In this document: one piece after another, positions 31,434-41,398 of the stretch
Position numbering within the stretch: the first letter of the stretch is position 1
How the letters are laid out: every line of letters begins with the position of its first letter
Assembly (NCBI GenBank): GCA_963727625.1
Contig: CAVSHR010000011.1
Coordinates: 320,001-384,000 of the forward strand
DNA from: an uncultured delta proteobacterium
GTDB taxonomy: Bacteria > Desulfobacterota > Binatia > UBA9968
Reading direction: 5' to 3'
DNA length: 64,000 nucleotides
Made by a program: the position numbers and the translations under genes
Notes under the pieces: model-generated
The model's input: the letters and a program-made list of their open reading frames with translations, nothing else
What the model was told of the DNA's origin: nothing
The model's database searches: none

Positions 31434-32055
31434 TTTTGATGATAACCCGTTGCAGTACGTCGGCGACGTCTTCCATGGTATCGGTGGTCTCTTCGAGCAT
31501 CTCGTAGATTTCTTTCCAGCGAATCAGGTTAAACATATCGTCCTTGTGGTTGACGATCTCGACTAGCGCCTCGCGCAAGATCCGATCGCCGTTATTCTCG
31601 ATCGTATTGATTTCCTTGATATGCTCGTTCACCAGGCGAAAATTTTTTTTCTCCCGAAGATTGGGCATGGCCATGTGCAGCTCCTTCGCGCCGCTGCGAA
31701 TCAGGTGGGCCAATTGGCGGGCTTTCTCGGTGGGCGCTTCGATGCGAAAGATCTGCATTCGGACGGCCGTTGCTTCAATCTTATCGATGGAATCGTCCAG
31801 GGCCGAGATCAGCCGTTCGATATCTTCGCTGTCGAGCGGGATAATCAGCGTGTGCATCAGCAGATGCATGACTTCATGGACGATAAAGTCGCCGCGATGC
31901 TCCAATTCGGTGATGCGCGCGACTTTGCTCTCCACCTGCTCATAATTGTCGAACAAGTCTTGGAGGATTTCCGCCGCTTCGAGCAGGTTGCCGGTGGCTT
32001 TTTCGAACCACTCATAGAATTTTGTTTCCGCTGGCAAAAACTGAAATTTAGCCAT
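31426..32055 (-). CDS. DUF47 / PhoU-like Pit accessory protein
   Basis: LEHRGD...PLDSEDI...ENNGD...WKEIYEMLEETTD; overlaps the pit start. Confidence 0.92.
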   Translation of the reverse strand: MAKFQFLPAETKFYEWFEKATGNLLEAAEILQDLFDNYEQVESKVARITELEHRGDFIVHEVMHLLMHTLIIPLDSEDIERLISALDDSIDKIEATAVRMQIFRIEAPTEKARQLAHLIRSGAKELHMAMPNLREKKNFRLVNEHIKEINTIENNGDRILREALVEIVNHKDDMFNLIRWKEIYEMLEETTDTMEDVADVLQRVIIKNG

Positions 32056-32165
32056 GATCTCCCCGCGCGCTCGGCGTTCAGATGGCAAATAAAATTGAAG
32101 AATTTGAGACGCGATGGAATTTAACATGCGCCTCGGGGCGCTTCAACCGAAAAGAAACTTTTTAG

Positions 32166-34379
32166 TTACGCCAAAAGCTGTTGCACGCGTTCGCGGATGT
32201 CGTCGCGGACTTTACGGAAAATCGCCAGGACCTGTTCGTCGTCGCCGGCCGCCTGTGCCGGATCAATGATTGGCCAGTGGCTGCGTTGAGCGCTGAGCGG
32301 CACGACCGGGCATTGTTCCCGGGCGTCGTCACAGAGGGTGACCAGATGATCGATCTTATCGAGCGGGACCGCGTCGAGGCCCTTGGAGCGTTGATCGGAA
32401 ATGTCGATGCCCGCTTCCATCATCACTCGAACGGCAAGCGGATGAATGGGCTTCGGTTGGGTTCCGGCGCTGAAAAATTCAGTAGCGCCATTGGCGTAAT
32501 GATGCGCGAAAGCTTCGGCCATTTGACTGCGGCAGGAGTTGCCGGTGCACAAAAAGAGGATGCCTTTCCGCGGGTTATTGTTGGAAGACGCTACGGGCAA
32601 GCGGACACGTACCGTGGTGCCTTTGTTGATGGTGCTTTCGATTTTGAGTTCGCCCTGATGCGCTTGCACAATATGTTTGACGATGGCCAGGCCTAGACCA
32701 GTACCGCCGAGATCGCGCGAGCGCGCCTTGTCGACTCGATAGAAGCGTTCGGTCAGGCGCGGTAAGTCTGTGTCCGGGATGCCCGGGCCGGTGTCCGCAA
32801 TCGAGATTTCGACCAACGGCTGGGCGCCGTTTTCTTGCGCAACTCGCGTCGCCGCCAGCGTCACCTTGCCGTCGGGCGGCGTGTATTTGATCGCGTTGTC
32901 GACCAGATTGATAAACAGCTGTTGCAGACGGTCGGTGTCGCCCAGCAGCCTCGGCAGCTCCGGGGCGGCGTGTTGGCTGAGCTTGATGTTCTTTTTCGCG
33001 GCGTGGTCCCAGAATACTTCCAACACCCGCTGAATCAGTTGGTTGGCATCGAGGGGCTGGAGGTTCAGTTGAATGGCGCCGGATTCCAAGTCGGACAGGG
33101 TCAAAAGGTCTTCGGTGAGCCGGCTCAGCCGTTCGGAATGGCGTTCGATAATCATCAAAAACTGCCGGCTGTCTTCCGGCTCGGCCGGCGGCGTATCGAG
33201 CAAAGTCTCGACGTAACCGCGGATGGCGGTTAATGGCGTGCGCAGTTCGTGCGATACGTTGGCGACGAAATCAGAGCGCATGGATTCGAAACGTTTGATA
33301 TCGGTGACGTCGTGGAACACCAAGATCGATCCGAGCACGTCGCCTTGTGGGTTGCGCAGCCGGCCCGCGTTCACACGAAACCAGCGGTCTTCGTCGAGCT
33401 CGACTTCTTTCGAATAGCGTTGAGCCGAAAAATCGAAGGCCAAAACTTCTTCCAAGATCTTGTGAACTTCTGGGTGGCGCGAAATTTCCAGCATTGAGAC
33501 GCCGTAGATATCGCGCCCCTCGGTTACGTGGAACATGTTCCGAGCTTGGTCGTTGATGAGCAACACCTGTCCCTTGGGATCGAGCACGAGCACTCCCTCG
33601 ATCATGCAGCGTAAGATTGAATCGACCTTTTCCTTTTCGCTGATGATTTGCTGTAAATTACCGCGGATATTGTCGCTCATTTCTTTGAGACGCTGCTCGA
33701 GCAGTGAGATTTCATCGCGGCTGCGCTGCGGGAAAAAATTCTCCGGGAAAGAGCCCTGGGCAACCTGCGCGGCAAATTGTTCGAGGTGCTGAAAACGGCG
33801 GGTGAGGTGACGGGAAAACAGCCATGCGAGAAGCAACCCGCAAGCCGATGCGAGAAGCAAGCCGCTTAGGACCGAGGCGCGATTCGTTCGAATCGCGCTT
33901 TCCACTTCCGTGAGCGGTTTGGCGATGCGAATGACTCGTCTCGACCCCAAGCCGGTTTCGCTCAACGCGTGGTAGAGCATTTCGAATCCCACGGTCGTGC
34001 TGTAGCGCATGGCGTTGCCCGAGCCGCTTTGCAGAGCCTCCGCCACTTCAGGACGATTGGCGTGGTTCTCCATCACCGCAGAAGATTGGGATGAGTCGCA
34101 CAGGACCTTTCCGTCGCCGGCGATCACCGTAATGCGCAGGGCAAGATCATCGCCCAACTGGCGGCAAAGCGCGTCGAAACTGGAGCCTTGTTCACCGAGG
34201 GGCAACAAGCGGCTCAATAAATGGGCGTCCCGCTCCATGCGCTCGCTGAGGTTGGCGATATAAAAATTGCGCAGCTTAGCGCTGGAGTAGAAATAGAAAC
34301 TTGCAGAAAGCAGGAGAACTAGAACTAGATAGGAGAGGAAAAATTTGATGATGAGCTTACTGTTCCAGAGCCTTTTCAT
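32166..34379 (-). CDS. phoR: phosphate-regulon sensor kinase PhoR (sensor-HAMP-PAS-HisKA-HATPase) fused to a C-terminal ArsC/LMW-PTP domain
   Basis: DFVANVSHELRTPLTAIRGYVETL, NLVDNAIKY, DTGPGIP, ERFYRVDKARSRDLGGTGLGLAIVKH, then in frame ILFLCTGNSCRSQMAE...VTLCDDAREQCP...HWPIIDP. Confidence 0.93.
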   Translation of the reverse strand: MKRLWNSKLIIKFFLSYLVLVLLLSASFYFYSSAKLRNFYIANLSERMERDAHLLSRLLPLGEQGSSFDALCRQLGDDLALRITVIAGDGKVLCDSSQSSAVMENHANRPEVAEALQSGSGNAMRYSTTVGFEMLYHALSETGLGSRRVIRIAKPLTEVESAIRTNRASVLSGLLLASACGLLLAWLFSRHLTRRFQHLEQFAAQVAQGSFPENFFPQRSRDEISLLEQRLKEMSDNIRGNLQQIISEKEKVDSILRCMIEGVLVLDPKGQVLLINDQARNMFHVTEGRDIYGVSMLEISRHPEVHKILEEVLAFDFSAQRYSKEVELDEDRWFRVNAGRLRNPQGDVLGSILVFHDVTDIKRFESMRSDFVANVSHELRTPLTAIRGYVETLLDTPPAEPEDSRQFLMIIERHSERLSRLTEDLLTLSDLESGAIQLNLQPLDANQLIQRVLEVFWDHAAKKNIKLSQHAAPELPRLLGDTDRLQQLFINLVDNAIKYTPPDGKVTLAATRVAQENGAQPLVEISIADTGPGIPDTDLPRLTERFYRVDKARSRDLGGTGLGLAIVKHIVQAHQGELKIESTINKGTTVRVRLPVASSNNNPRKGILFLCTGNSCRSQMAEAFAHHYANGATEFFSAGTQPKPIHPLAVRVMMEAGIDISDQRSKGLDAVPLDKIDHLVTLCDDAREQCPVVPLSAQRSHWPIIDPAQAAGDDEQVLAIFRKVRDDIRERVQQLLA

Positions 34380-35076
34380 CGAATTTATAGCCGACACCCC
34401 GCAAAGTTAAGATCCATCTCGGTTTGCCGTCGTCCTTTTCAATCGCCTTGCGCAACCGGCGAATGTGCACGTCGACGGTGCGCGGGGTGACGAAGGTCTC
34501 GCCGCCCCAGACGCGGTCGAGCAGCTGGTCGCGGCTGAGCACGCGGTTGGGATTTTGAACCAAGAATCGCAAAAGCTCAAACTCTTTGAGCGTCAGCTTC
34601 ACGGCTTTGCCGCGAGCGAAAACCTCGTAGGTGGTAAAATCGATTTTCAGTCCGCCTTTTTCGTAAGCAGGGGGTGAATCGGCATTGGCGTTGGCATTGG
34701 CGCGCCGCAGTATGGCGCGCACGCGCGCGACCATTTCTCGGGGGCTGAACGGCTTTGCCAAGTAGTCGTCGGCGCCCATTTCCAAACCGACGACTCGGTC
34801 CGCTTCGCCGGCCTTGGCGGTGAGCATGAGGATAGGCAGTTTCGCGGTGTCCGGTTGGCCGCGCAGGATTTTGCAGACTTCGATGCCGGACAACCCCGGC
34901 AGCATGAGGTCCAATACCACCAGGTTGGGTTTCTCGCGCTGAATCACCTTCAACGCCTGTTCGCCATCTTCCACGGTGATCACCTTGAAACGTTCCTGGA
35001 TCAAGTTGTAGCCGACCAGCTTGGCAATATCCGGTTCGTCTTCGACGACTAAGATTTTCTGTGCGCCGGCAGCCAT
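34357..35076 (-). CDS. phoB: OmpR-family response regulator PhoB/PhoP
   Basis: ILVVEDE, VLDLMLP, GADDYLAKPFSPRE, RTVDVHIRRLR, TLRGVGY; lies between phoU and phoR. Confidence 0.93.
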   Translation of the reverse strand: MAAGAQKILVVEDEPDIAKLVGYNLIQERFKVITVEDGEQALKVIQREKPNLVVLDLMLPGLSGIEVCKILRGQPDTAKLPILMLTAKAGEADRVVGLEMGADDYLAKPFSPREMVARVRAILRRANANANADSPPAYEKGGLKIDFTTYEVFARGKAVKLTLKEFELLRFLVQNPNRVLSRDQLLDRVWGGETFVTPRTVDVHIRRLRKAIEKDDGKPRWILTLRGVGYKFDEKALEQ

Positions 35077-35078
35077 AA

Positions 35079-35780
35079 TCAAACCGTGGGCGGAAGCTGC
35101 TTCATATGGCGTATGCTCTTGCCTTTGACCATGAAGATCACCATCTCGGCGATGTTGGTGGCGTGGTCGGCGATACGCTCGAGGTATTTCGAGATCGAGC
35201 TGATCTTGGTGGCGCGGGTGATGGTCTGGACGTTTTCGATCATAAAAGTCAGGGTCTCGCGGAAAATTTGCGCGTTGAGCTCGTCGACCTCGGTGTCGTC
35301 CTTGCAGACCTTGAGGGCGAGCTCGGTGTCTTCGCGGACAAACGCGTCGAGGCTTTCGTGGATCATTCGTTGTGAGATGCGGGCCATGCGCGGAATATCG
35401 ATATAGGGCTTGAGCTGCGGCTCGAGGTTGAGCTCCAGCGCCCGCTCGCAGACGTTAACGGCCATATCGCCGATGCGTTCCAAATCCGTCGTAATTTTCA
35501 AACCGGTGGTGATAAAGCGGAGATCCCGTCCCGCTGGTTGATGCAACGCCAGGAGCTTGATGCAGAGCTCGTCGATTTCGACGTCCAGCCGGTTCACCTC
35601 ATGGTCGCGCTCGATGATCACCCGCGCCAGCTCGGAATCGCGATCGACCAGCGACTTGACCGCCTTATGGATCTGGTCTTCGACCAGACCGCCCATATAG
35701 AGGATTTCCTCGCGGAGTCTTTTCAGCTCTTCTTCGTATTTTTTATCGGTGTGTTCGGCTTGCATATCTTCCTCGATCAT
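35079..35780 (-). CDS. phoU: phosphate signalling protein PhoU
   Basis: [33 protein letters not shown]. Confidence 0.96.
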   Translation of the reverse strand: MIEEDMQAEHTDKKYEEELKRLREEILYMGGLVEDQIHKAVKSLVDRDSELARVIIERDHEVNRLDVEIDELCIKLLALHQPAGRDLRFITTGLKITTDLERIGDMAVNVCERALELNLEPQLKPYIDIPRMARISQRMIHESLDAFVREDTELALKVCKDDTEVDELNAQIFRETLTFMIENVQTITRATKISSISKYLERIADHATNIAEMVIFMVKGKSIRHMKQLPPTV

Positions 35781-36622
35781 CCGAAGCGGCCGGTAATATA
35801 ATCCTCGGTTTGGCGTTTTTCCGGAGCGGTGAAGAGTTTTTGCGTATTCCCGAATTCGACCAATTCACCGACGTAGAAGAAAGCTGTATAGTCCGATGCG
35901 CGCGCGGCTTGCTGCATGTTGTGGGTGACGATGACGATGGTGACGGTATCCTTGAGCTCGTGAATCAGCTCTTCTATTTTCGCGGTGGCGATGGGGTCGA
36001 GCGCGGAACAAGGCTCGTCCATGAGCAACACTTCCGGGTCGACGGCGAGCGCGCGCGCAATGCACAGCCGTTGCTGTTGCCCGCCCGAAAGGCTGGTACC
36101 CGGCTTCTGCAAGTTGTCTCTGACTTCGTCCCACAGCGCCGCGCTTTTCAAGCTTTTCTCGACTTTTTCCGCGATCAGCTTGCGGTCGCGGATGCCGTTT
36201 AACTTATAGCCCGAGGCGACGTTATCGTAGATGGTCATACTCGGAAAGACGTTTGGTTTCTGAAAAACCATGCCCACTCGCCGCCGTACGTCGACCGGGT
36301 CGACGCCGGGACCGTACAGGTCTTGGCCATCGAGCAGGACTTTACCTTCCACTCGGCCGCCGGGAGTGACTTCGTGCATCCGGTTGAGGCAGCGGATAAA
36401 GGTGGATTTGCCACATCCCGACGGCCCGATGATCGCGGTCACTTTGTTGTTCTTGATGTAAAGGTTGACGTCTTTGACCGCGCGAAAGTCTCCGTAGTAA
36501 ACATTTAAGTGCTCTACTTGGAGCCGCTGATCTTCCGGAGCGATGAGCGAATCGGTTTTTTTCGGCGGCTGCGAGTCTTTTGGTTTAGGGCTGTCCTCGC
36601 TGTCGTACCGCTCATCGCTCAT
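35777..36622 (-). CDS. pstB: phosphate ABC transporter ATPase
   Basis: [42 protein letters not shown]. Confidence 0.97.
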   Translation of the reverse strand: MSDERYDSEDSPKPKDSQPPKKTDSLIAPEDQRLQVEHLNVYYGDFRAVKDVNLYIKNNKVTAIIGPSGCGKSTFIRCLNRMHEVTPGGRVEGKVLLDGQDLYGPGVDPVDVRRRVGMVFQKPNVFPSMTIYDNVASGYKLNGIRDRKLIAEKVEKSLKSAALWDEVRDNLQKPGTSLSGGQQQRLCIARALAVDPEVLLMDEPCSALDPIATAKIEELIHELKDTVTIVIVTHNMQQAARASDYTAFFYVGELVEFGNTQKLFTAPEKRQTEDYITGRFG

Positions 36623-36635
36623 TTGCGCTCCCCCG

Positions 36636-37517
36636 TTATTCACGCGTTTTCCCCCGCAAAAAGGCCCGAGTCATGACGCTGATTACCAAGACAACCATCA
36701 TCAACACGAACGACGCAGCCCATGCTTTTCTGTGCCAGTCGTCATAAGGACCGGTGGCATAAGTATATATCAGCATTGGCACGGTCGCGATGGGCTTGCC
36801 AAGGTTCAAATTCCAAAAGGGATTGCCGAAGGCGGTGAACAACATCGGCGCTGCCTCGCCGAGGGCTCGGGAAATTGCCAGTACCGCTCCGGTGATCAAA
36901 GCCTTCGACGAGACCGGCAAAACTACGCCAATTATCGTTCGCCACTTCGGAATGCCTAGCGCCAGCGAGGCCTCGCGCAACGATGGCGGGACCAAGCGGA
37001 AGGCCTCGTGCGAGGCGATGAGAATGATTGGCACCATGATGAAGGCATAAGCGACCGAACCCGACAGACCTGAAAATGAGCCCATGGGTCGGACGATCAG
37101 CGCGTAAGCGAACAGTCCGACGACGATGGACGGTACTCCGGTCAAGACTTCGGCCATGAACCGAACGGCGCGGCCCATGCGCGAGCTGGGAAACTCGTTG
37201 ATAAAAATCGCCGCGCCGAGGCCGATCGGCATCGCGAACAAGGTAGCGCAGGCGACGACCATCACGCTACCGACCAGAGCATTGGCGATGCCGCCGCCCA
37301 CCTCGCCGGGCGGCAAAGGCAACGCGGTGAGAAATTCCCAGTCGATGGCCGTAGCTCCCTGGTAGACGACGTACCCGAGAATTGCAAGCAGGATAAAAAT
37401 CGACACGGCGGCGCACAAAACCATGCCGGTAATCGCCAGCTGTTCGACTAACTTGCGCAGGCGAAATCGGCGGCGATCGGTTTCAACGGTCATTACTTTC
37501 ATGGAATCCGCTGTCAC
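36636..37517 (-). CDS. pstA: phosphate ABC transporter permease
   Basis: [35 protein letters not shown]. Confidence 0.95.
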   Translation of the reverse strand: MTADSMKVMTVETDRRRFRLRKLVEQLAITGMVLCAAVSIFILLAILGYVVYQGATAIDWEFLTALPLPPGEVGGGIANALVGSVMVVACATLFAMPIGLGAAIFINEFPSSRMGRAVRFMAEVLTGVPSIVVGLFAYALIVRPMGSFSGLSGSVAYAFIMVPIILIASHEAFRLVPPSLREASLALGIPKWRTIIGVVLPVSSKALITGAVLAISRALGEAAPMLFTAFGNPFWNLNLGKPIATVPMLIYTYATGPYDDWHRKAWAASFVLMMVVLVISVMTRAFLRGKTRE

Positions 37518-38512
37518 TCAAAAACGGCAACTTCTCCTTTGGACAAGCGCCGGATTAAAAATTGCGCGCCTAAGCTGATCAGGATCGTTATCCCGAACAA
37601 GACCAGCCCGACGTAGATGAGGGAAGACACATAAAGGTCGTAGGTTGCCTCGGTGAACTCGCTGGCGATTTGACTCGCCATGCTGTGCACCGGATCGAAG
37701 AGCGAATGGATGAGATCGAAAGAGTTGCCGCCGACCATGGTGACCGCCATGGTTTCGCCGATAGCACGGCCGAGCCCGAGTATCACCGCGCCGAAGAGTC
37801 CAACCCGTGCGTAGGGCAGGGCGACTTGCCAGATGGCTTCCCATTTGGTCGCGCCGAGGGCCAACATGCCCTCGATCTGCGGGCGCGGCACGGTCAATAA
37901 TATATCCCGCGAGATTGCCGTAATGATCGGCGTGATCATGATGGAGAGTATCAAACTGCCGGACAAAACGCCGACGCCGTAAACCGCAGGGCCGTCAAAA
38001 AGAAAAAACCAGCCAAAATTCGCCTTGAGCCAAATTTGCAGCGCCCGTACGATCGGCACCATTACGAATAAGCCCCACAGGCCGAAAACGATGCTGGGAA
38101 TACCGGCCAGCAATTCGATCGGGTAGGAAATCATCGGCCGGAGCCATTTGGGGATGTAAAAACTGATGAAAATCGCGGAACCGATGCTTATGGGCACGGC
38201 AAGCAACAGGGCGATGAAGGCTTTCACCAAAGTGCCGATGATGGTCGGGAGCGTGCCGAACTCACGGGTTACCGGATCCCATGTCGTGCCCACTAAAAAT
38301 TTGAGACCAAAAGTCTGGATCGCCTGCCAGGAGCCGCGAAACAGATCGAACACCAGCAAAAAAGCGAGCAGGAGAACTGAAAGGGCAAATCCCTGGGTAA
38401 TGCGATAACACAAACGGTCGCCATAATTGATCACCTTTGCATCGTGATAGATGCCTCGGCCGCTAGTCAGCGCCGAGAGCTCGCCGTCGATCGTTGCATT
38501 TTGATCTTTCAT
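37514..38512 (-). CDS. pstC: phosphate ABC transporter permease
   Basis: WDPVTREFG, IELLAGIPSIVFGLWG, LGRAIGETMAV. Confidence 0.95.
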   Translation of the reverse strand: MKDQNATIDGELSALTSGRGIYHDAKVINYGDRLCYRITQGFALSVLLLAFLLVFDLFRGSWQAIQTFGLKFLVGTTWDPVTREFGTLPTIIGTLVKAFIALLLAVPISIGSAIFISFYIPKWLRPMISYPIELLAGIPSIVFGLWGLFVMVPIVRALQIWLKANFGWFFLFDGPAVYGVGVLSGSLILSIMITPIITAISRDILLTVPRPQIEGMLALGATKWEAIWQVALPYARVGLFGAVILGLGRAIGETMAVTMVGGNSFDLIHSLFDPVHSMASQIASEFTEATYDLYVSSLIYVGLVLFGITILISLGAQFLIRRLSKGEVAVFE

Positions 38513-38536
38513 GAATCACCTCCGAACAAAACCAAA

Positions 38537-38564
38537 GCGGCCGGCACCGCTAGATGCCGGCCGC
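38537..38564 (-). terminator. stem-loop between pstS and pstC (partial terminator or mRNA stabiliser)
   Basis: GCGGCCGGCA-loop-TGCCGGCCGC 10-bp stem, followed on the minus strand by TTTGGTTTTGTT. Confidence 0.6.
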
Positions 38565-38593
38565 GCAATAGTGGGGATCTAGGATTGTGATTC

Positions 38594-39655
38594 CTATTTA
38601 AGCACGACTTGGTTGTTGACCTTGATCTTTTTTAGCAATGCTTCGGCCTTCTTTACCGCCGCGCCTTTCAGCGGAGCGTACTCGAGCGGTGCGGCGAATT
38701 TCTGGCCGTCGTGGATCATCCACCAGGCCAGCTGTGCAACCGCATCCGCCTTGGCAGCGTCGCGCTGGTTCTCGTAAATCAACAACCAGGTAAAGCCGCT
38801 GATCGGATAGGCGTTGGGGTTGGGGCTGTTCGTGATGACAACTTCCATATTGTCGGGGAGGTCCTTTTGGTCAGCAGCGGCCGCGGCGCCTTCAAGGCTC
38901 GGGCCCACCCACTTGCCGGCTTTATTACGAAGTTGCGCCCACGGCATTTTATTCTGATGGGCATAGGCCAACTCTACGTAACCGATCGCGCCCGGGATCT
39001 GTTTAACCGAGTTGGCGACCCCTTCATTGCCCTTGCCGCCGACGTCGCCGGGCCAATTGACCGAAGTGGCCGAACCAACCTTCTCTTTCCACTCCGAGCT
39101 GACCTTGGAAAGGTAGTTCGTAAAGATGAAAGTGGTTCCCGACCCGTCCGAGCGATGCACTACGGCAATCGCCGAGTCCGGCAGCTTGACACCGGGATTG
39201 ATCGTCTTGATGCGGTTGTCGTTCCAGTTCTTAATTTTCTTCAAATAGATGTCGGCCAGTACTTCCGGCGTTAGCCGGAGCTTGCCGGATTGGACGCCGG
39301 GGAGATTGACGACGATCGCCTCAGCGCCCGCGACGGTGGGCACGTGAAGAACGTTGCCGCCTTTGGACTCGGACTTTTGATTGTCGCTCATGATGCCATC
39401 GGAGCCGCCAAAATCGACGGTTTGCGCCGCCAGTTGGCGGATGCCGCCGCCGGAACCGATCGATTGGTAATTGACTCTTACGCCGCAGGCCTTGTTGTAT
39501 TCACTGAACATCTTGGCGTAGAGCGGGTAAGGAAACGTAGCGCCCGCGCCTGTAAGCTCTTTGACTCCCTTGGTTGGGCAGCTCGCCAATGCCGGTCCAG
39601 CGGTAGCGGAGACCGCCGCAATGACGACCGCCACGGCAAAATTCTTAGCTTTCAT
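38594..39655 (-). CDS. pstS: phosphate ABC transporter substrate-binding protein
   Basis: GAGATFPYPLY, YQSIGSGGG, HRSDGSGTT, GNEGVA, YPISGFTW. Confidence 0.97.
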   Translation of the reverse strand: MKAKNFAVAVVIAAVSATAGPALASCPTKGVKELTGAGATFPYPLYAKMFSEYNKACGVRVNYQSIGSGGGIRQLAAQTVDFGGSDGIMSDNQKSESKGGNVLHVPTVAGAEAIVVNLPGVQSGKLRLTPEVLADIYLKKIKNWNDNRIKTINPGVKLPDSAIAVVHRSDGSGTTFIFTNYLSKVSSEWKEKVGSATSVNWPGDVGGKGNEGVANSVKQIPGAIGYVELAYAHQNKMPWAQLRNKAGKWVGPSLEGAAAAADQKDLPDNMEVVITNSPNPNAYPISGFTWLLIYENQRDAAKADAVAQLAWWMIHDGQKFAAPLEYAPLKGAAVKKAEALLKKIKVNNQVVLK

Positions 39656-39694
39656 TTAAATATCCTCCTGTTTTTAATTTGTTAAGCCTCGATT

Positions 39695-39721
39695 GTTACA
39701 GATTGGTTACGAAACCGTTAA
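39695..39721 (-). promoter_or_regulatory. Pho-box-like direct repeats (pstS proximal)
   Basis: Minus strand TTAAC-N6-GTAAC-N6-GTAAC with 11-bp period. Confidence 0.7.
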
Positions 39722-39829
39722 GCTTAGGAAAACACTACACAAGGGCTCCGACAACGCGATCCGGCTTTACTTACTCCGCGTGGAGATCTATGCATTTGTG
39801 TCTTTCGACGACATTGATACGAGGCCGCG

Positions 39830-39868
39830 GTGAAGCTGTTGTTAACACAGCGTAAAGATTAAGGTTAA
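39830..39868 (-). promoter_or_regulatory. Pho-box-like direct repeats (pstS distal)
   Basis: Minus strand TTAAC-N7-TTTAC-N6-TTAAC-N6-TTCAC. Confidence 0.6.
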
Positions 39869-39907
39869 GAGGGAAGAGGCGAGCCTGTGTGGGTCTATGT
39901 AGGATCC

Positions 39908-39923
39908 TTAACCTAAATTTAAT
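39908..39923 (+). promoter_or_regulatory. Pho-box-like repeat facing the TMK-like pair
   Basis: TTAAC-N6-TTAAT with 11-bp period (only two units). Confidence 0.4.
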
Positions 39924-40010
39924 GATCGCGGACGGCTTCCGTGCTGGCCAATTGTAGGCGGTTTTTGCTATGTTTATTTCTCGACTTCATCCCATTGGGA
40001 ACAAGCATTT

Positions 40011-40745
40011 ATGGCAGGCGGAATGAAAACGTACGGCAAGCATCGATTTCCTGGGCGGCTCTTTATCGTCGAGGGGATCGACGGTTCCGGTAAGAGCACT
40101 CAGCTATCGTTGCTTAAGAAATGGCTCGAGGCGGAGGGCTACGTCGTCTATTTCAGCGAGTGGAACTCTTCGCCGTTGGTGCGCGACGTCACCAAACGCG
40201 GCAAAAAGAAAAAGATGCTCACGCCGATAACCTTCAGTTTGATTCATGCCACCGATTTCGCCGATCGCACCGAACACGACATCATCCCGCCGATGAAAGC
40301 CGGCGCGGTGGTGCTGGCCGACCGGTATGTTTATACCGCCTTTGCGCGCGACGTGGTGCGCGGCGTGAGCCCCCAATGGGTGCGCGACCTTTATGCCTTT
40401 GCGGTAAAACCGACGGTCGCTTTTTATTTTCGCACGCCCCTCGAGGTTGCGATGAAGCGGATCCTTGGCGGCCGAGATGCGATCAAATATTATGAAGCGG
40501 GAATGGATCTCGGTCTGAGCGACGACATCGAAGAAAGCTTCAGACTGTTTCAAGCCCGCATCATTGATGAATACGAGAAAATGGTCGGCGAGTTCGGCCT
40601 GGTGCCGATCGACGCGACCCGTTCGATCGAGGATCAACAGGCCGAGGTGCGGCGCATCGTGACCGACGCATTGACCGGGACCAAGAGAACCAGAGTTAGA
40701 AGATGGCTCGATTTAGCTTCTTTGGCGAAGGGCTCCCAGATATAG
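40011..40745 (+). CDS. thymidylate-kinase-fold protein, subunit 1 (probable polyphosphate kinase subunit)
   Basis: P-loop EGIDGSGKST, EWNSS, ATDFADR, LADRYVYTAFARD, YYEAGMDLGL. Confidence 0.85.
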   Translation: MAGGMKTYGKHRFPGRLFIVEGIDGSGKSTQLSLLKKWLEAEGYVVYFSEWNSSPLVRDVTKRGKKKKMLTPITFSLIHATDFADRTEHDIIPPMKAGAVVLADRYVYTAFARDVVRGVSPQWVRDLYAFAVKPTVAFYFRTPLEVAMKRILGGRDAIKYYEAGMDLGLSDDIEESFRLFQARIIDEYEKMVGEFGLVPIDATRSIEDQQAEVRRIVTDALTGTKRTRVRRWLDLASLAKGSQI

Positions 40746-41398
40746 ATCTGGCCGAGCTCAAGGGCAAGCTCATCGTTTTAGAGGGGACCGACGGCGTCGG
40801 CCGGTCGACCCATATAGGCCTGCTCAAACAGTGGCTGGAAAACCACGGCCACGCCGTGCTCGATACCGGTATGACCCGCTCGGCCCTCGCCGGCAAGCGA
40901 CTCAAGCAAGCGAAGGAAGGCCACACGCTTGGCGGCATCACGATGAGCTTGTTCTATGCCACCGATTTTGCTGACCGTTTGGAAAATGAAATCATTCCGG
41001 CTCTGCGCGCCGGTTTCGTTGTCTTGACCGATCGTTACATTTATTCGCTAATGGCGCGGGCTATCGTGCGTGGCGCCGATCCGGAATGGTTGCGCGAGGT
41101 TTACGGCTTTGCTTTGCGTCCGGATGCGGTTTTTTATCTGCGCGTGAATATCGACGATTTGGTTACGCGAGTGCTGCAAAGCACCGGCTTCGATTACTGG
41201 GAGTCGGGCATGGATCTGCACATGGGCGATGACATGTACGAGAGCTTCGTGCGTTATCAGACATGTCTGCTGGCGGAATTTGACAAGATGGTCGAAACCC
41301 ACGGTTTTGAGATCGTCGACGCCTCGGGCAGCATCGAAGAGGTGTTTGAAGACCTGCGCGAGCGCGTTGACCGGGTGGTGGCGAGAAATGGCTACTGA
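40703..41398 (+). CDS. thymidylate-kinase-fold protein, subunit 2 (P-loop Lys to Arg)
   Basis: EGTDGVGRST, ATDFADRLE, LTDRYIYSLMAR, DYWESGMD; overlaps subunit 1 by 43 bp. Confidence 0.85.
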   Translation: MARFSFFGEGLPDIDLAELKGKLIVLEGTDGVGRSTHIGLLKQWLENHGHAVLDTGMTRSALAGKRLKQAKEGHTLGGITMSLFYATDFADRLENEIIPALRAGFVVLTDRYIYSLMARAIVRGADPEWLREVYGFALRPDAVFYLRVNIDDLVTRVLQSTGFDYWESGMDLHMGDDMYESFVRYQTCLLAEFDKMVETHGFEIVDASGSIEEVFEDLRERVDRVVARNGY

